From Promethearchaeota archaeon (GTDB lineage: Archaea; Asgardarchaeota; Lokiarchaeia; Sigyniarchaeales; SOKP01): a stretch of 64,000 bases of DNA. The stretch lies in contig JAHLWP010000019.1 of the NCBI GenBank assembly GCA_019057865.1, positions 1 through 64,000 on the forward strand. Direction: 5' to 3'. The notes beneath the pieces were generated by a model. The model saw nothing but the letters and a program-made list of their open reading frames with translations, had not been told where the DNA came from and searched no databases. A program made the translations under genes and the position numbers. Below, piece by piece: positions 42,725 through 52,480 of the stretch; within the stretch, counting starts at the first letter, position 1; each line of letters opens with the position of its first letter.

Positions 42725-43281
42725 CCTATTGGATATGTTCTATATGTTGAATCACTTGAATATTTTCCAAAAAATAAAATCTCTTCTTCATCTGTTGCAT
42801 AATCTTTAATATATTTCCCTGGGTAAAAAAAAACTGTAGGAATCTCAATATAGTTTAATAATTTATCAACAATGTCAGAAGTTCTATAAAATGGAATTAT
42901 TGAACCAATTCTTGTAATAAATAACACCTCAATTTTGTCTTTAATCCGATTTAATATATATTCTTTGATTTTTTGATTGTAAATTTGAGAGATTCCTCTA
43001 ATAAATTCATCCAGGTCATTTTTTTCTTTTTCAAAAACATCCTCTAAAGAATTATATTCTGCTAGAATATCAAAAATAAACGTGTTTAGGGGAATTTCTA
43101 ATACTTTAATATTTTTAGATTTTAAGAAACCAGATAATTCCTTAACCTTTCTTCTGCATTCCATTTCTTCATAAGGATCATATACAAATAAAATAAATGG
43201 AGCACCAATTTGTATATGGAAGGTGTCTCTATCATTTAGGAGCATATTTTCCAAATATTTAAATTTCTCTTGTAAGTTCAT
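42721..43281 (-). CDS. brxB: BREX BrxB (DUF1788)
   Basis: PFILFVYDP.EE, PFYR, VFFYPG.Y; overlaps neighbouring genes. Confidence 0.85.
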   Translation of the reverse strand: MNLQEKFKYLENMLLNDRDTFHIQIGAPFILFVYDPYEEMECRRKVKELSGFLKSKNIKVLEIPLNTFIFDILAEYNSLEDVFEKEKNDLDEFIRGISQIYNQKIKEYILNRIKDKIEVLFITRIGSIIPFYRTSDIVDKLLNYIEIPTVFFYPGKYIKDYATDEEEILFFGKYSSDSTYRTYPIG

Positions 43282-44029
43282 TTATAATATCCTCTAAATT
43301 TTTATTTTCATACAATTCTTCGAATGAATCATATGTTGTATTTAAATCTAGTAAACTTTTTCTAATACAAATGTTGATTAAATCAATTATCTCATTCTTA
43401 TCTAAAATAAATAATTTAAAATCTTCATGATCTAACACTTTTTCAAGCAATTTCAGTTGTTTCTTTAAGGAAAATATTAAAAATAATATTGCTTCTATTG
43501 GAATTTCAGGTTTATTTAAAATCTTTAGTTTGGAACCATTTAAAAATTGAAAATCTTTCATAATAGACAAATAATGCCTTGCTAATCTAATATTTGTAGT
43601 AACTGACCATTTCAGTATTTCTGGATGTTCTTTTTCATTCTTTTTAAAAAATTCTTGTATGTTTTTAGTATTTATTACCTGTAAATTCGAAATCATCATA
43701 TTATATAATAATTTAACTGTGATATCATAGACTAATTCATCAGCTTTAGCTAATTTATAAAAAATTAAATAATTTTTAGCGGAATTAGAAACATTGGCAG
43801 AATTGAGAAAATTTGTTAAGTTCATATCAATTCTGGGATTTGAAAAAAAACGTTTACTTAAACTTCTAAAAACTGCTTGCCTAGTACTTAATGATCTAAT
43901 TGAAAGTATATTATCATTAATTATGGAAGATTTAATCTCATCTATAGTTGTATCTTTGTTAATCAATTTGAAGATTCTTTTTGTTTCATCAATAAGAGAC
44001 CTAGCTCTGTTTATATCAGTTTTATACAT
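43259..44029 (-). CDS. brxA: BREX BrxA (DUF1819)
   Basis: NILSIRS..TR, WS.TT..RL; first gene of the operon. Confidence 0.8.
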   Translation of the reverse strand: MYKTDINRARSLIDETKRIFKLINKDTTIDEIKSSIINDNILSIRSLSTRQAVFRSLSKRFFSNPRIDMNLTNFLNSANVSNSAKNYLIFYKLAKADELVYDITVKLLYNMMISNLQVINTKNIQEFFKKNEKEHPEILKWSVTTNIRLARHYLSIMKDFQFLNGSKLKILNKPEIPIEAILFLIFSLKKQLKLLEKVLDHEDFKLFILDKNEIIDLINICIRKSLLDLNTTYDSFEELYENKNLEDIINELTREI

Positions 44030-44318
44030 TAGATTAAAGATTTTTAATTTTTATAGTAATAAATAACTTAATTTTTGAAATTTGCGAAAATTTATCTCTA
44101 CAATTAATTAATCTCTAAAATACTATAAAAGATTTTAGTATTAATCAATTTCTAATAAATACAAAACTTAAAATTCATCATTAAAGCGGCTAATAATTAT
44201 GAATTTGAAAAGGTAATTTCCTTATGAAATTAATATTGAGAGTTATACATATTTCAAAGTAGATTTACAAAAATTCTTCTTATTAAAAGAACTTGATTTC
44301 GAAATAAAATTACTGGAT

Positions 44319-44546
44319 TTGAAATATAAAATAACAAAGCGTATTTTCATAGAAAAACCTAGCTTTGAATCGAAAGAGAAATTATTTAATACAATACAAT
44401 CGCTATTAGCAAAAATGAATTATAGTTTTAGGATTCTGGATGAAACTCTTCTCGGATTTGGGTCATCATATCATCATAAATCCACAATGAAATTTGATTC
44501 CCGTCAATTATATAAAAAGGACGGCACTTACCCTACATTTTTTTAA
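44319..44546 (+). CDS. Small hypothetical protein
   Basis: 75 aa ORF only. Confidence 0.3.
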   Translation: MKYKITKRIFIEKPSFESKEKLFNTIQSLLAKMNYSFRILDETLLGFGSSYHHKSTMKFDSRQLYKKDGTYPTFF

Positions 44547-44712
44547 ATTACTTTCCTTATTCTGCGGTTATCTATAGTTGACTAATATTCCCTATATAGG
44601 TTGATAAAAATTCATAAATCCGAATCGAAAATTGATTCTAATAGTTTGTATAAAAGTATGGTACTTCGCCAGATATAATAAATAAGCGAAGTTTTAATGG
44701 TATACATATGTT

Positions 44713-44825
44713 TATATTTTTCAGTTTTTTCCTTAGGAAATCAATCTTGACACATATACATATTTATACCTAAAATAAAAGTCGGTCTATTCAAGATACG
44801 TAGAGGAAAGAGCTCACGGCATAAT
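44713..44825 (+). repeat. Repeat C copy 1 (~113 bp)
   Basis: ttaggaaatcaat...atttatacctaaaata.aagtcggtctattcaagatacgta.aggaaa shared with 56627-56740. Confidence 0.85.
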
Positions 44826-44861
44826 TTCTTAAGCAAAATAAAAAGTTATCAAGATATCCTT

Positions 44862-45286
44862 TTATTCTAAAACCCCCCAATTGTCCACAAACTGTTTCCA
44901 GTTTCCACCAACTTCATTATTTTTTGTTAGGTAAATTAAGATTCTTCTTTTTTCATTTTCCATTATAGGGATTTCCGTTTTCCGAATTATTAGATAAATG
45001 TTAATTCCATGTAAATAACAAATTACGAAGTCACATTTTTCCATTTCATTTTTCGATACAAAAAAGTTAATCCTATTTTTAGTTTCTCTGGTTTTTTCAT
45101 AAGGATCTCTTGTTTTAACTTCAATATTTCGATGAACTCTTCCATTATTTTTACTAATATAGAGATCATATCCTGTCGAAAAATTCAAATGAACTTCCCA
45201 ACCTCTTTTTAGAAGTTCATAACCAACGATTTTTTCCCAATTTCCCCCAAAATAGATGAGGCTTTTTTTCTTAAATTTTCCTCCAT
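44862..45286 (-). pseudogene. PD-(D/E)xK endonuclease (Hjc-like), frameshifted near 45236
   Basis: AGGAGG + ATG at 45286: MEENLRKKASSILGEIG / (E)KIVGYELLKRGWEV...GYDL...IEVKTR; one base missing at GGG-AAAAAA. Confidence 0.7.
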
Positions 45287-45401
45287 TTTTAACTCCTCCT
45301 TTTTTCTAATTATAATAAATTGACTAAAATATATAAAAAAGGAGAATTAATATTTTAGTAGTCAAGTTTTTTTTTTGATATGAGTTTCTTTAAAGGAATT
45401 C

Positions 45402-46295
45402 CTATTTATTCTGGGTCCATACATTCAAAACTCGTTTAGAATATGAATTATAACCAATTTTTAAGTATATAGCACCATCATAACGGGTTGTTAAACACTT
45501 CCTCTTTTTATTCTGATTTTGGATATACCACCCTTTTGTATGTGAATTGTATATATCTGTTATAGAAGTCTCTCGAACACTCCCATCAGAAATTATTGTT
45601 AACTTTGGATTAAAGAACTTAAATATATTCTCAAAATATCCACTTCTTCTTCCATGATGAGATGCCAAAAATATATCAGTTTCTTTTAAATCATTTCTAA
45701 AATATTGGTTGTTCAATAAATACTTCCAAGAAGCGGTTCCATTATCGCCTGAAAGGAGTACTTTATAACCAGCATATAATATAAAAGTAGTGAGACTATG
45801 TTCATTCTCTTTATAAGATAATTCTACGGACGGTTTAGGTGCATATATTTTAATTTCTAGCCCTCCAGAATAACTGAGCAAAAAAGGATTATAACTATTC
45901 GAGATTGAAGGGCTGTAATTTTCAATTAAATAAAGATATTTCTTATAGATACTTTTTTTATATGGATCTACCTCAATATTGATCTTATTTTGGATTTCCC
46001 TTTCAGTTATGCTATTCGGGTAGGAGATAGTATTTACTTTAAATAAATTTAAGTTTAGAATATCTTCAACATGGTCAAGATGAGGATGAGTTAGTATTAG
46101 ATGATCAATGGAATAAACTTGACGCGTTCTTTTAATATGCTCAAGTGGACTAAAATTTATTGACCATTCTGAGTAGTCCCCTACACCTAAATCCTGAATA
46201 ATGGTTTTACGATTTGGAGTTTTTATGAATATGGCATTTCCATGTTGAACATCCCAAAATGTAATATCTAAAGAATTTTTATTTCTAGTGGGCAT
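45402..46295 (-). CDS. MBL-fold metallo-hydrolase (ComEC/Rec2-like)
   Basis: DVQHGNA, THPHLDH, LSGD, SHHG. Confidence 0.88.
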   Translation of the reverse strand: MPTRNKNSLDITFWDVQHGNAIFIKTPNRKTIIQDLGVGDYSEWSINFSPLEHIKRTRQVYSIDHLILTHPHLDHVEDILNLNLFKVNTISYPNSITEREIQNKINIEVDPYKKSIYKKYLYLIENYSPSISNSYNPFLLSYSGGLEIKIYAPKPSVELSYKENEHSLTTFILYAGYKVLLSGDNGTASWKYLLNNQYFRNDLKETDIFLASHHGRRSGYFENIFKFFNPKLTIISDGSVRETSITDIYNSHTKGWYIQNQNKKRKCLTTRYDGAIYLKIGYNSYSKRVLNVWTQNK

Positions 46296-46413
46296 AATTT
46301 TAAATCAATAAATTTTTATCTTTTAAGATTCAAAAAGAAATTTTAATATTTATACTTTGAGTTTTACTTTTTCTTTAAAAGTAAATACATTTTTTATTTT
46401 TAAAAGTTAAACA

Positions 46414-46806
46414 TTGAGTTTAAATATTTCAGTTTTATACTTAATATATAGGAAAATGAATAATGATCCAAATATTAATTTAGAATTGCTAATTGAGAAT
46501 TCAAAAAAAATTAATTCTAAAACATTTAACATAACAAGATGTATTCTTTTAACACTTTTAGGTTATTATAGAGATGGACTTCAATTCAGAGAATTAAAAT
46601 CGTTTTTAGATATCTCAGATGGCAAATTACAATCTAATCTTGATTTTCTATTGGAAATGGGATATATAAAAAAAATTAAAACAGATCTGGATCAAAGAAG
46701 TATACAAATCTATATGATTGAAGAATCTGGAAATTCAGAATTGCATAAAATAATAGAATGGGTAAGTATTTTAAAAAGTATGGAGAAAGCAAAAAATGAC
46801 AAATGA
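46414..46806 (+). CDS. Winged-helix transcriptional regulator
   Basis: R..LL.LL, FRELKSFLDISDGKLQSNL..L...GYI; ATG at 46456 may be the true start. Confidence 0.75.
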   Translation: MSLNISVLYLIYRKMNNDPNINLELLIENSKKINSKTFNITRCILLTLLGYYRDGLQFRELKSFLDISDGKLQSNLDFLLEMGYIKKIKTDLDQRSIQIYMIEESGNSELHKIIEWVSILKSMEKAKNDK

Positions 46807-47296
46807 TTTTGAAAAATTAATATCTATTTTGAGTTATTTAAATATCAAATTAAGAGATCCCACTTTTGATAATCACTTTGTAGATAGAGTGATTATCCAG
46901 AAAATAGCTTTTATATCAAAATCTCTTGGTATAAAATTAAATTATAATTTTAATCTTTATAAAAAGGGTCCATATTGCCCAGAATTGACTAATGAGTATT
47001 ATGAGAATCCTAATGCTATAATTAATTTGGAAACAACAGCTAATCTTTCAAAAGAAGAAAAGCAAGTATTAGATAAAATAAAAAATGTTATTTTTTCTCA
47101 TGCATTATATAGAGCCCATAAAATAGATTTGTTACAAGCAATATCAACAATATTATTCTTTATCGAAGATACGTCAAGAATATCTGAGGATGATTTAATT
47201 TTTAAAACAAAAATGGAAAAACCATATTTAACTGATAGAATTATAAGAATTGCTTTAAATTTAGTTAGAAAATTAAAAGAATCGTTTAGCATTTAA
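46796..47296 (+). CDS. SocA/YwgA-like (Panacea-related) protein
   Basis: R..IQKIAF, YNFNLYKKGPYCPEL motif. Confidence 0.6.
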   Translation: MTNDFEKLISILSYLNIKLRDPTFDNHFVDRVIIQKIAFISKSLGIKLNYNFNLYKKGPYCPELTNEYYENPNAIINLETTANLSKEEKQVLDKIKNVIFSHALYRAHKIDLLQAISTILFFIEDTSRISEDDLIFKTKMEKPYLTDRIIRIALNLVRKLKESFSI

Positions 47297-47311
47297 TCTT
47301 GGTGATCTATC

Positions 47312-48178
47312 ATAAAATTTTCTGAAAGACATGGTTTTAAAAAGATAAAAGAAAAGATTCAGATTGATTTTATAGATCAAGATTTAAAAAATAGTCTCTG
47401 GAATGCGTTTTTAATGGTTTATTATGATAGTAAACGCATTGGTTCAGAAAGACATTACTCAGAATCTTTTATGATGTTTGCAAAAAAAATATGGGTAGAT
47501 TTCTTCAAAAATCAGTTAGATAGTTTAAGTTCTGGTTATCAAGGATTTTATAAACAAATAAAGAGTTATTACGATAAAGCTAATTGGTTGGAAGTTTATG
47601 ATTTAATTGAATTTATAGCCCAGAATCACCCATATGAAGATTTGAACAAAATTTTTATTGAATTATGTAATAAATATCTTAAAAGAGAGTTATCTGCTTA
47701 CAGATTTGTTGGAAATTTAATTACACCAATAACTAATGAGCAAGAGATCGCAGAAATTGAAGAGGTTTTGAAATATAACGAAATTTTTAGACCTGTAAAG
47801 AGACATATCAAAACAGCTTTAGATTTATTTTCAATTAGAGAATCTCCTGACTATAAAAATTCAATTAAAGAATCTATAAGCGCCGTCGAAGCAATTTGTA
47901 AATTAATTACTCAAAATAAAAAAGCAACATTAGGAGATGCGCTAAAAATTATTGAAAGAGAGGGAAAGATTGAATTGCATCCTGCATTGAAGTCCGCATT
48001 TGTTAAATTATACGGATATACTAGCAATGCCGATGGTATAAGGCATGGTTCAGGATTAATGGATGATCCTAACTTAGATTTTGAAGATGCTAAATTTATG
48101 CTGGTTTCATGCTCCTCTTTCATAAATTACTTAAAAGAAAAGATAAATAAAGCTAAGATAAAAATTCAAAAATTATAA
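47312..48178 (+). CDS. AbiJ N-terminal domain (NTD4-like) + HEPN-like C-terminal protein
   Basis: With an ATA start after GGTGA: KFSERHG...IQ...LKNSLWN; WLEVYDLIE; NSIKESISAVE; LYGYTS..DGIRH. Confidence 0.78.
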   Translation: MKFSERHGFKKIKEKIQIDFIDQDLKNSLWNAFLMVYYDSKRIGSERHYSESFMMFAKKIWVDFFKNQLDSLSSGYQGFYKQIKSYYDKANWLEVYDLIEFIAQNHPYEDLNKIFIELCNKYLKRELSAYRFVGNLITPITNEQEIAEIEEVLKYNEIFRPVKRHIKTALDLFSIRESPDYKNSIKESISAVEAICKLITQNKKATLGDALKIIEREGKIELHPALKSAFVKLYGYTSNADGIRHGSGLMDDPNLDFEDAKFMLVSCSSFINYLKEKINKAKIKIQKL

Positions 48179-48256
48179 ATTAAAAAGTAATTATAAAACT
48201 TATTATCTAAAATTTTTTTTTAAAAATCTTAATTTTATACTTTTTCTCTCTCTTAC

Positions 48257-48280
48257 CTCCCTCCCCCGTGGTGCCCTGCT
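48257..48280 (+). repeat. Site A copy 7
   Basis: ctccctcccccgtggtgccctgct; tcccccg pairs with downstream cggggga. Confidence 0.88.
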
Positions 48281-48377
48281 AATTCCTCGGGGGAAAAATT
48301 TTGTTTTAATAAACCAATTTTTTTTAAATTTCACTTAGTCCAAAATGTAATATACATAGATAATTAATATATTTAGT

Positions 48378-49511
48378 ATGAGACAAAAAACTTTATTTAT
48401 ATTTGGAGCTGGAGCTTCTAAGGCTGATAGAGCACCCTTACAAAACGAACTTTTTTCTGGAATATTTAAATTGTTAGAAGGAGTTAAAAATTATCAAGAT
48501 ATTCAATTGAATCAAGCTTTCATTCAAGAACTAAAGGATTTCTTATATAAATTATATCCGATTAATGAAGAACCTAAAAATAACATTATTTATCCTACCT
48601 TTGAAGAAGTAATGGGATTGATTCATTTTGCAATCATAAGAGACGAGAGTTTTATGGGTGTTCATTATAAAAATTTAAGCGGATATTTAGATTCATTAAT
48701 TACTCTTATTGCTAATATTTTAGATAAGAAATTAAAAAAAGCACCTGGAATAAATAAAAAGTTCATAATGTATCTATATGAATCCTTTAAAAGAAAACAA
48801 AAGAGTATTGATGATAATGAAGTTATAAATGAATTCATAAATCAAAATCTCTTTCTTAATGTAAATTACGACATACTTCTCGATAGTGCACTGTATAAAC
48901 TTGTTAAGAAATTTAAAAAGGGTGTAGATTATTGCGAGGAAATTCATAATCCTTACCCTCAGAAAAAAAAAATAAGATTGTTTAAACCTCACGGGTCATT
49001 AAATTGGTTACTGTGTAAATCTTGTGGTAAATTTATATTAGGGGGCGAGAGAAAAATTGCAATGAGTTATTATAACCCAATTTCTACTAATTCCGATCCT
49101 AATATTCAATGTGATTTCTGCGAGACCATTTTATCACCTCTTATTGTACCTCCTTCATTCTTTAAAGAATTACATAATAAATTAATACGAAATGTATTAA
49201 TAAATTTGGAAAATCATCTTAAAGAAGTGGAAAATTTGGTTTTCATCGGATATTCGTTTCCAGAAGCCGACCTCCATTTAAAATATCTCTTTAAAAAAGC
49301 ACAGTTATTAGGAGGATTCAGGAAAATATTACTAATTAATAAAAAAGACAAAGATAAAAAAAAAGAAGATAAACCTTACTATTATAATGTTAAGAGATCA
49401 TTTCCAGGAGTGGATTTAATAGATTTAACTTATGAAATTCCTCTTCCTAATGGTTTAGAAGAAGATTCTATTGAAGCTATTGTAGAAAAAATTTCTGAAA
49501 AATTATTTTAA
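48378..49511 (+). CDS. SIR2-family protein (putative NADase) with Zn ribbon
   Basis: FGAGAS, NVNYD, KPHGSLNW, CKSC/CDFC, IVPP, FIGYSFPEAD. Confidence 0.88.
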   Translation: MRQKTLFIFGAGASKADRAPLQNELFSGIFKLLEGVKNYQDIQLNQAFIQELKDFLYKLYPINEEPKNNIIYPTFEEVMGLIHFAIIRDESFMGVHYKNLSGYLDSLITLIANILDKKLKKAPGINKKFIMYLYESFKRKQKSIDDNEVINEFINQNLFLNVNYDILLDSALYKLVKKFKKGVDYCEEIHNPYPQKKKIRLFKPHGSLNWLLCKSCGKFILGGERKIAMSYYNPISTNSDPNIQCDFCETILSPLIVPPSFFKELHNKLIRNVLINLENHLKEVENLVFIGYSFPEADLHLKYLFKKAQLLGGFRKILLINKKDKDKKKEDKPYYYNVKRSFPGVDLIDLTYEIPLPNGLEEDSIEAIVEKISEKLF

Positions 49512-49529
49512 TTTTTCTCTCTCTGGTGT

Positions 49530-49552
49530 CTTCCTCCCCCGTGGTGCCTCCT
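49530..49552 (+). repeat. Site A copy 8
   Basis: cttcctcccccgtggtgcctcct, ~20 bp after the SIR2 stop. Confidence 0.85.
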
Positions 49553-49698
49553 AATTATTTGGGGTAAAATTATGTTGAATTTTTAGAAATTTAATTTACT
49601 CCAAAAAATTAATATGATTAGGATTAACAATTAGTTATTTAAGAGGTTGAAAATAAGTATATAGACTAATGAAATAATAAATAATATAGTAAAAAAAT

Positions 49699-50637
49699 AT
49701 GACAGAATTTGAAAATGAATTAAAAGTTGTTAAACAAATCTATCAACATTCTCTAAGCCACATTATAGATGATAATAAAGCAAATAAAGTTATTTATATT
49801 CTAAATCTCCATTGGTGTGTTGAAGATATTATCAGATTGGCGACTAAGGGATGGTCTAGCATTAAATATAACGATACATTTAATAAAATCTTGGATAAAT
49901 TTAATAGAAAAAATCCAATGGACCCTAAAATAATAAATAAAGTTTTAAAATTAAATGATATAAGAAATGGAGTATATCATAAAAATATTCTTCCAGATTT
50001 TTCAGAGATAAAAGCACTCCTCCCGTTTGTTAAAAAATTTATTGAATGGATAAGTAAAAGTATTTTTAATTATAGTCTAAATCTTGATTTAAAATTAGAA
50101 CCTGATTTAATCTTATCCTTTAAATCTGAGGCTATAATTAACACTATTGCTCTAAATCAACTGAAAAAGAGTAGAAAATATAAAAATTATTATGCTGTTC
50201 AATTATATCTACATAACATTGGATTTTCTCCTTACACATCAATCGATATTAAATTAAATTCTTTAAAGTATAAAGAGATAAATTATAATTATATAGAAAG
50301 AATAGAATCTAAGATACAACCAGAACCCTCAATGGAGAAGAATGCTTACACATATTCGACTTCTCAGATAGAAGCTCTTAATAATATTCTGATTGGAATA
50401 AGAGAAAAGTATGTCAAAAGAGCTTTAAATAAAAAATCCATAAGAATTAATAGAAAAAAGAAAATGGTAATTTTTCGAAATATTGAAAAAGTTAAGCATA
50501 ATGATTTTAAGAGACTTGATCGATTTATGATTTATATCCCAAAGATTTTCTTGAATGATGATATAGTATTAAATTACACAATGAATTTTGACCAACTAGG
50601 AGGATACGAACCTCAAATTTTACATATAATTAATTAG
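49699..50637 (+). CDS. Protein with N-terminal HEPN-like domain
   Basis: LHWCVE and LNDIRNGVYH motifs. Confidence 0.6.
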   Translation: MTEFENELKVVKQIYQHSLSHIIDDNKANKVIYILNLHWCVEDIIRLATKGWSSIKYNDTFNKILDKFNRKNPMDPKIINKVLKLNDIRNGVYHKNILPDFSEIKALLPFVKKFIEWISKSIFNYSLNLDLKLEPDLILSFKSEAIINTIALNQLKKSRKYKNYYAVQLYLHNIGFSPYTSIDIKLNSLKYKEINYNYIERIESKIQPEPSMEKNAYTYSTSQIEALNNILIGIREKYVKRALNKKSIRINRKKKMVIFRNIEKVKHNDFKRLDRFMIYIPKIFLNDDIVLNYTMNFDQLGGYEPQILHIIN

Positions 50638-50720
50638 TATTACATAATAAAATTTTGAATTTATTTAACAATTCAACGGAACGGATTAACATATATTTTT
50701 TCCCCATTTACCCCGATAAT

Positions 50721-50747
50721 TGGTGTCCCGCCATGGTGCCCTCTCCT
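50721..50747 (+). repeat. Site A copy 9 (degenerate)
   Basis: tggtgtcccgccatggtgccctctcct; preceded by ataattggtg as in copy 2 and followed by aagtagg as in copy 4. Confidence 0.75.
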
Positions 50748-50946
50748 TAAGAAGTAGGTGTAGAACGATATCAAGTTAGAGAATATTAAAAATTATTAAG
50801 ATATTTTTTTAATTAACTGTTTTTCCAGATTTTTTGAATGATATATTAAATATGGTATTGTATCAATGATATAATAAAAAAAGAAAGTTATTATACAATA
50901 TGAATATCTCATTAAAATTAAATAATATAGTTTCGTAATTTTCCAT

Positions 50947-52359
50947 ATGGAAAGCTTGCTAAAATGTATTGAAGAGGACATTCAATACATATTAAACCAC
51001 CCAAAAATAAAAGAAATCAATTATTATTTGAAAAAAAATACCACTATACATATTGAATATAGTCTTCTCTTCGATATTTTAGACGAATTGAAAAAAGAGA
51101 AGAAACAAACGGTTCTAATTGAAGAACGAATGGATTTATTAGTGAATACTCTAAAAGATTTTGATATAGAAATTGACTTGTTAAATAATATATCCATTAT
51201 TTGGGAAAATTCGATAAAAACTGGTCCTCTAAATTTGCAACTTCTATTCAACTTATATAGTTATCTTGTTGAAGAATCTATTCAAAAAAAACTCTTAATT
51301 CAAGAAGTATTAGAACTATCTTTGGAACAATTGAAATCTAGTATTCAAAACAATATTATATCTGTAGATATCTATATTGAACTAAAAGGTATTTCTTTAG
51401 AAAATGAAGAATTCAAAATTGATGATAATATTGAAATTTTAAAACCTCAACAATTTATTACTTTCAAAAAAGAAGGATTTGAAACGGATTTTCTTTCTAT
51501 TGAACCTTTATTAAGATATAAAACCAAAGACAAAATTTATTTTAATAAAAAAACAGGACCAAGGCATATTAACAGCTTCTATCGTAAGGTAACCCCATCT
51601 TTGATCAATGATTGGCGTTTAAAAGAAACTTTAATAAATGAATTCATTTTTAGCCTTTATCTTAACGGATATTCATTTTCATATAAGAAATTGGTTTCTT
51701 TACCTCCTTGGTGGTTAAGAAATATGAGCAAGTCTAAAAAGATTACTGTATCTTACTTAGGGTCTGGTTTTTCATTAAAAAAACCTGAGAATGAACAAAG
51801 AGTAGCGATTAATTATGATGATATGATTCATAAAGAGGATATAAAAATCATCAGAGAATTACACAATTTAATTAAGAGATCGCAAATTCTTAGGAAAAAA
51901 TCATTTTCTTTATTAATTCACAGATATTTTCAAATGTTTGAATATGAAAGCTTCCAAGATATGATTCTTAATGAATTTATTATATTAGAATCAATTTATA
52001 CTTCTGGCAATAAAAGTGAAATTATATTTAGACTTTCACTGAATATCGCTTTTTTTCTTGAAGAATCAATTGAAAAATTCAAAGATACATTTCAATTTAT
52101 TAATGATGTATATTCTATCAGAAGTAAAATTATTCACGGAGATAAATGGAAAAACCTCCTTAATAAAAATAAAATAAAAAAGCATTTTGAAGAATCAAAT
52201 AATGAAATCATAGCAAGAAACATTTATATAGAATTAAAAAAAATCATTGATAAAACCTTTATTAAAATTATGCACTGGGAGATTGAAAACCAAAAAAGTT
52301 TTTTTGAAAGTGCTCATGGTTTATTTTTTCTTGAAAATTGTAATTTTCTTAAAAAGTGA
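50947..52359 (+). CDS. ApeA-like HEPN domain protein
   Basis: IILESIY...EI.FRLSL..A, YSIRSKIIHG. Confidence 0.75.
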   Translation: MESLLKCIEEDIQYILNHPKIKEINYYLKKNTTIHIEYSLLFDILDELKKEKKQTVLIEERMDLLVNTLKDFDIEIDLLNNISIIWENSIKTGPLNLQLLFNLYSYLVEESIQKKLLIQEVLELSLEQLKSSIQNNIISVDIYIELKGISLENEEFKIDDNIEILKPQQFITFKKEGFETDFLSIEPLLRYKTKDKIYFNKKTGPRHINSFYRKVTPSLINDWRLKETLINEFIFSLYLNGYSFSYKKLVSLPPWWLRNMSKSKKITVSYLGSGFSLKKPENEQRVAINYDDMIHKEDIKIIRELHNLIKRSQILRKKSFSLLIHRYFQMFEYESFQDMILNEFIILESIYTSGNKSEIIFRLSLNIAFFLEESIEKFKDTFQFINDVYSIRSKIIHGDKWKNLLNKNKIKKHFEESNNEIIARNIYIELKKIIDKTFIKIMHWEIENQKSFFESAHGLFFLENCNFLKK

Positions 52360-52480
52360 AGACAAAATATTATATTAGAATTTACCCAATTCAATTTTAT
52401 ATTTACTTAATTACATTTAATTTTCCTATTTTATAGAAAAAAATCATATCTCACCCTTCTAATTCTTTTTTTACTATTAT

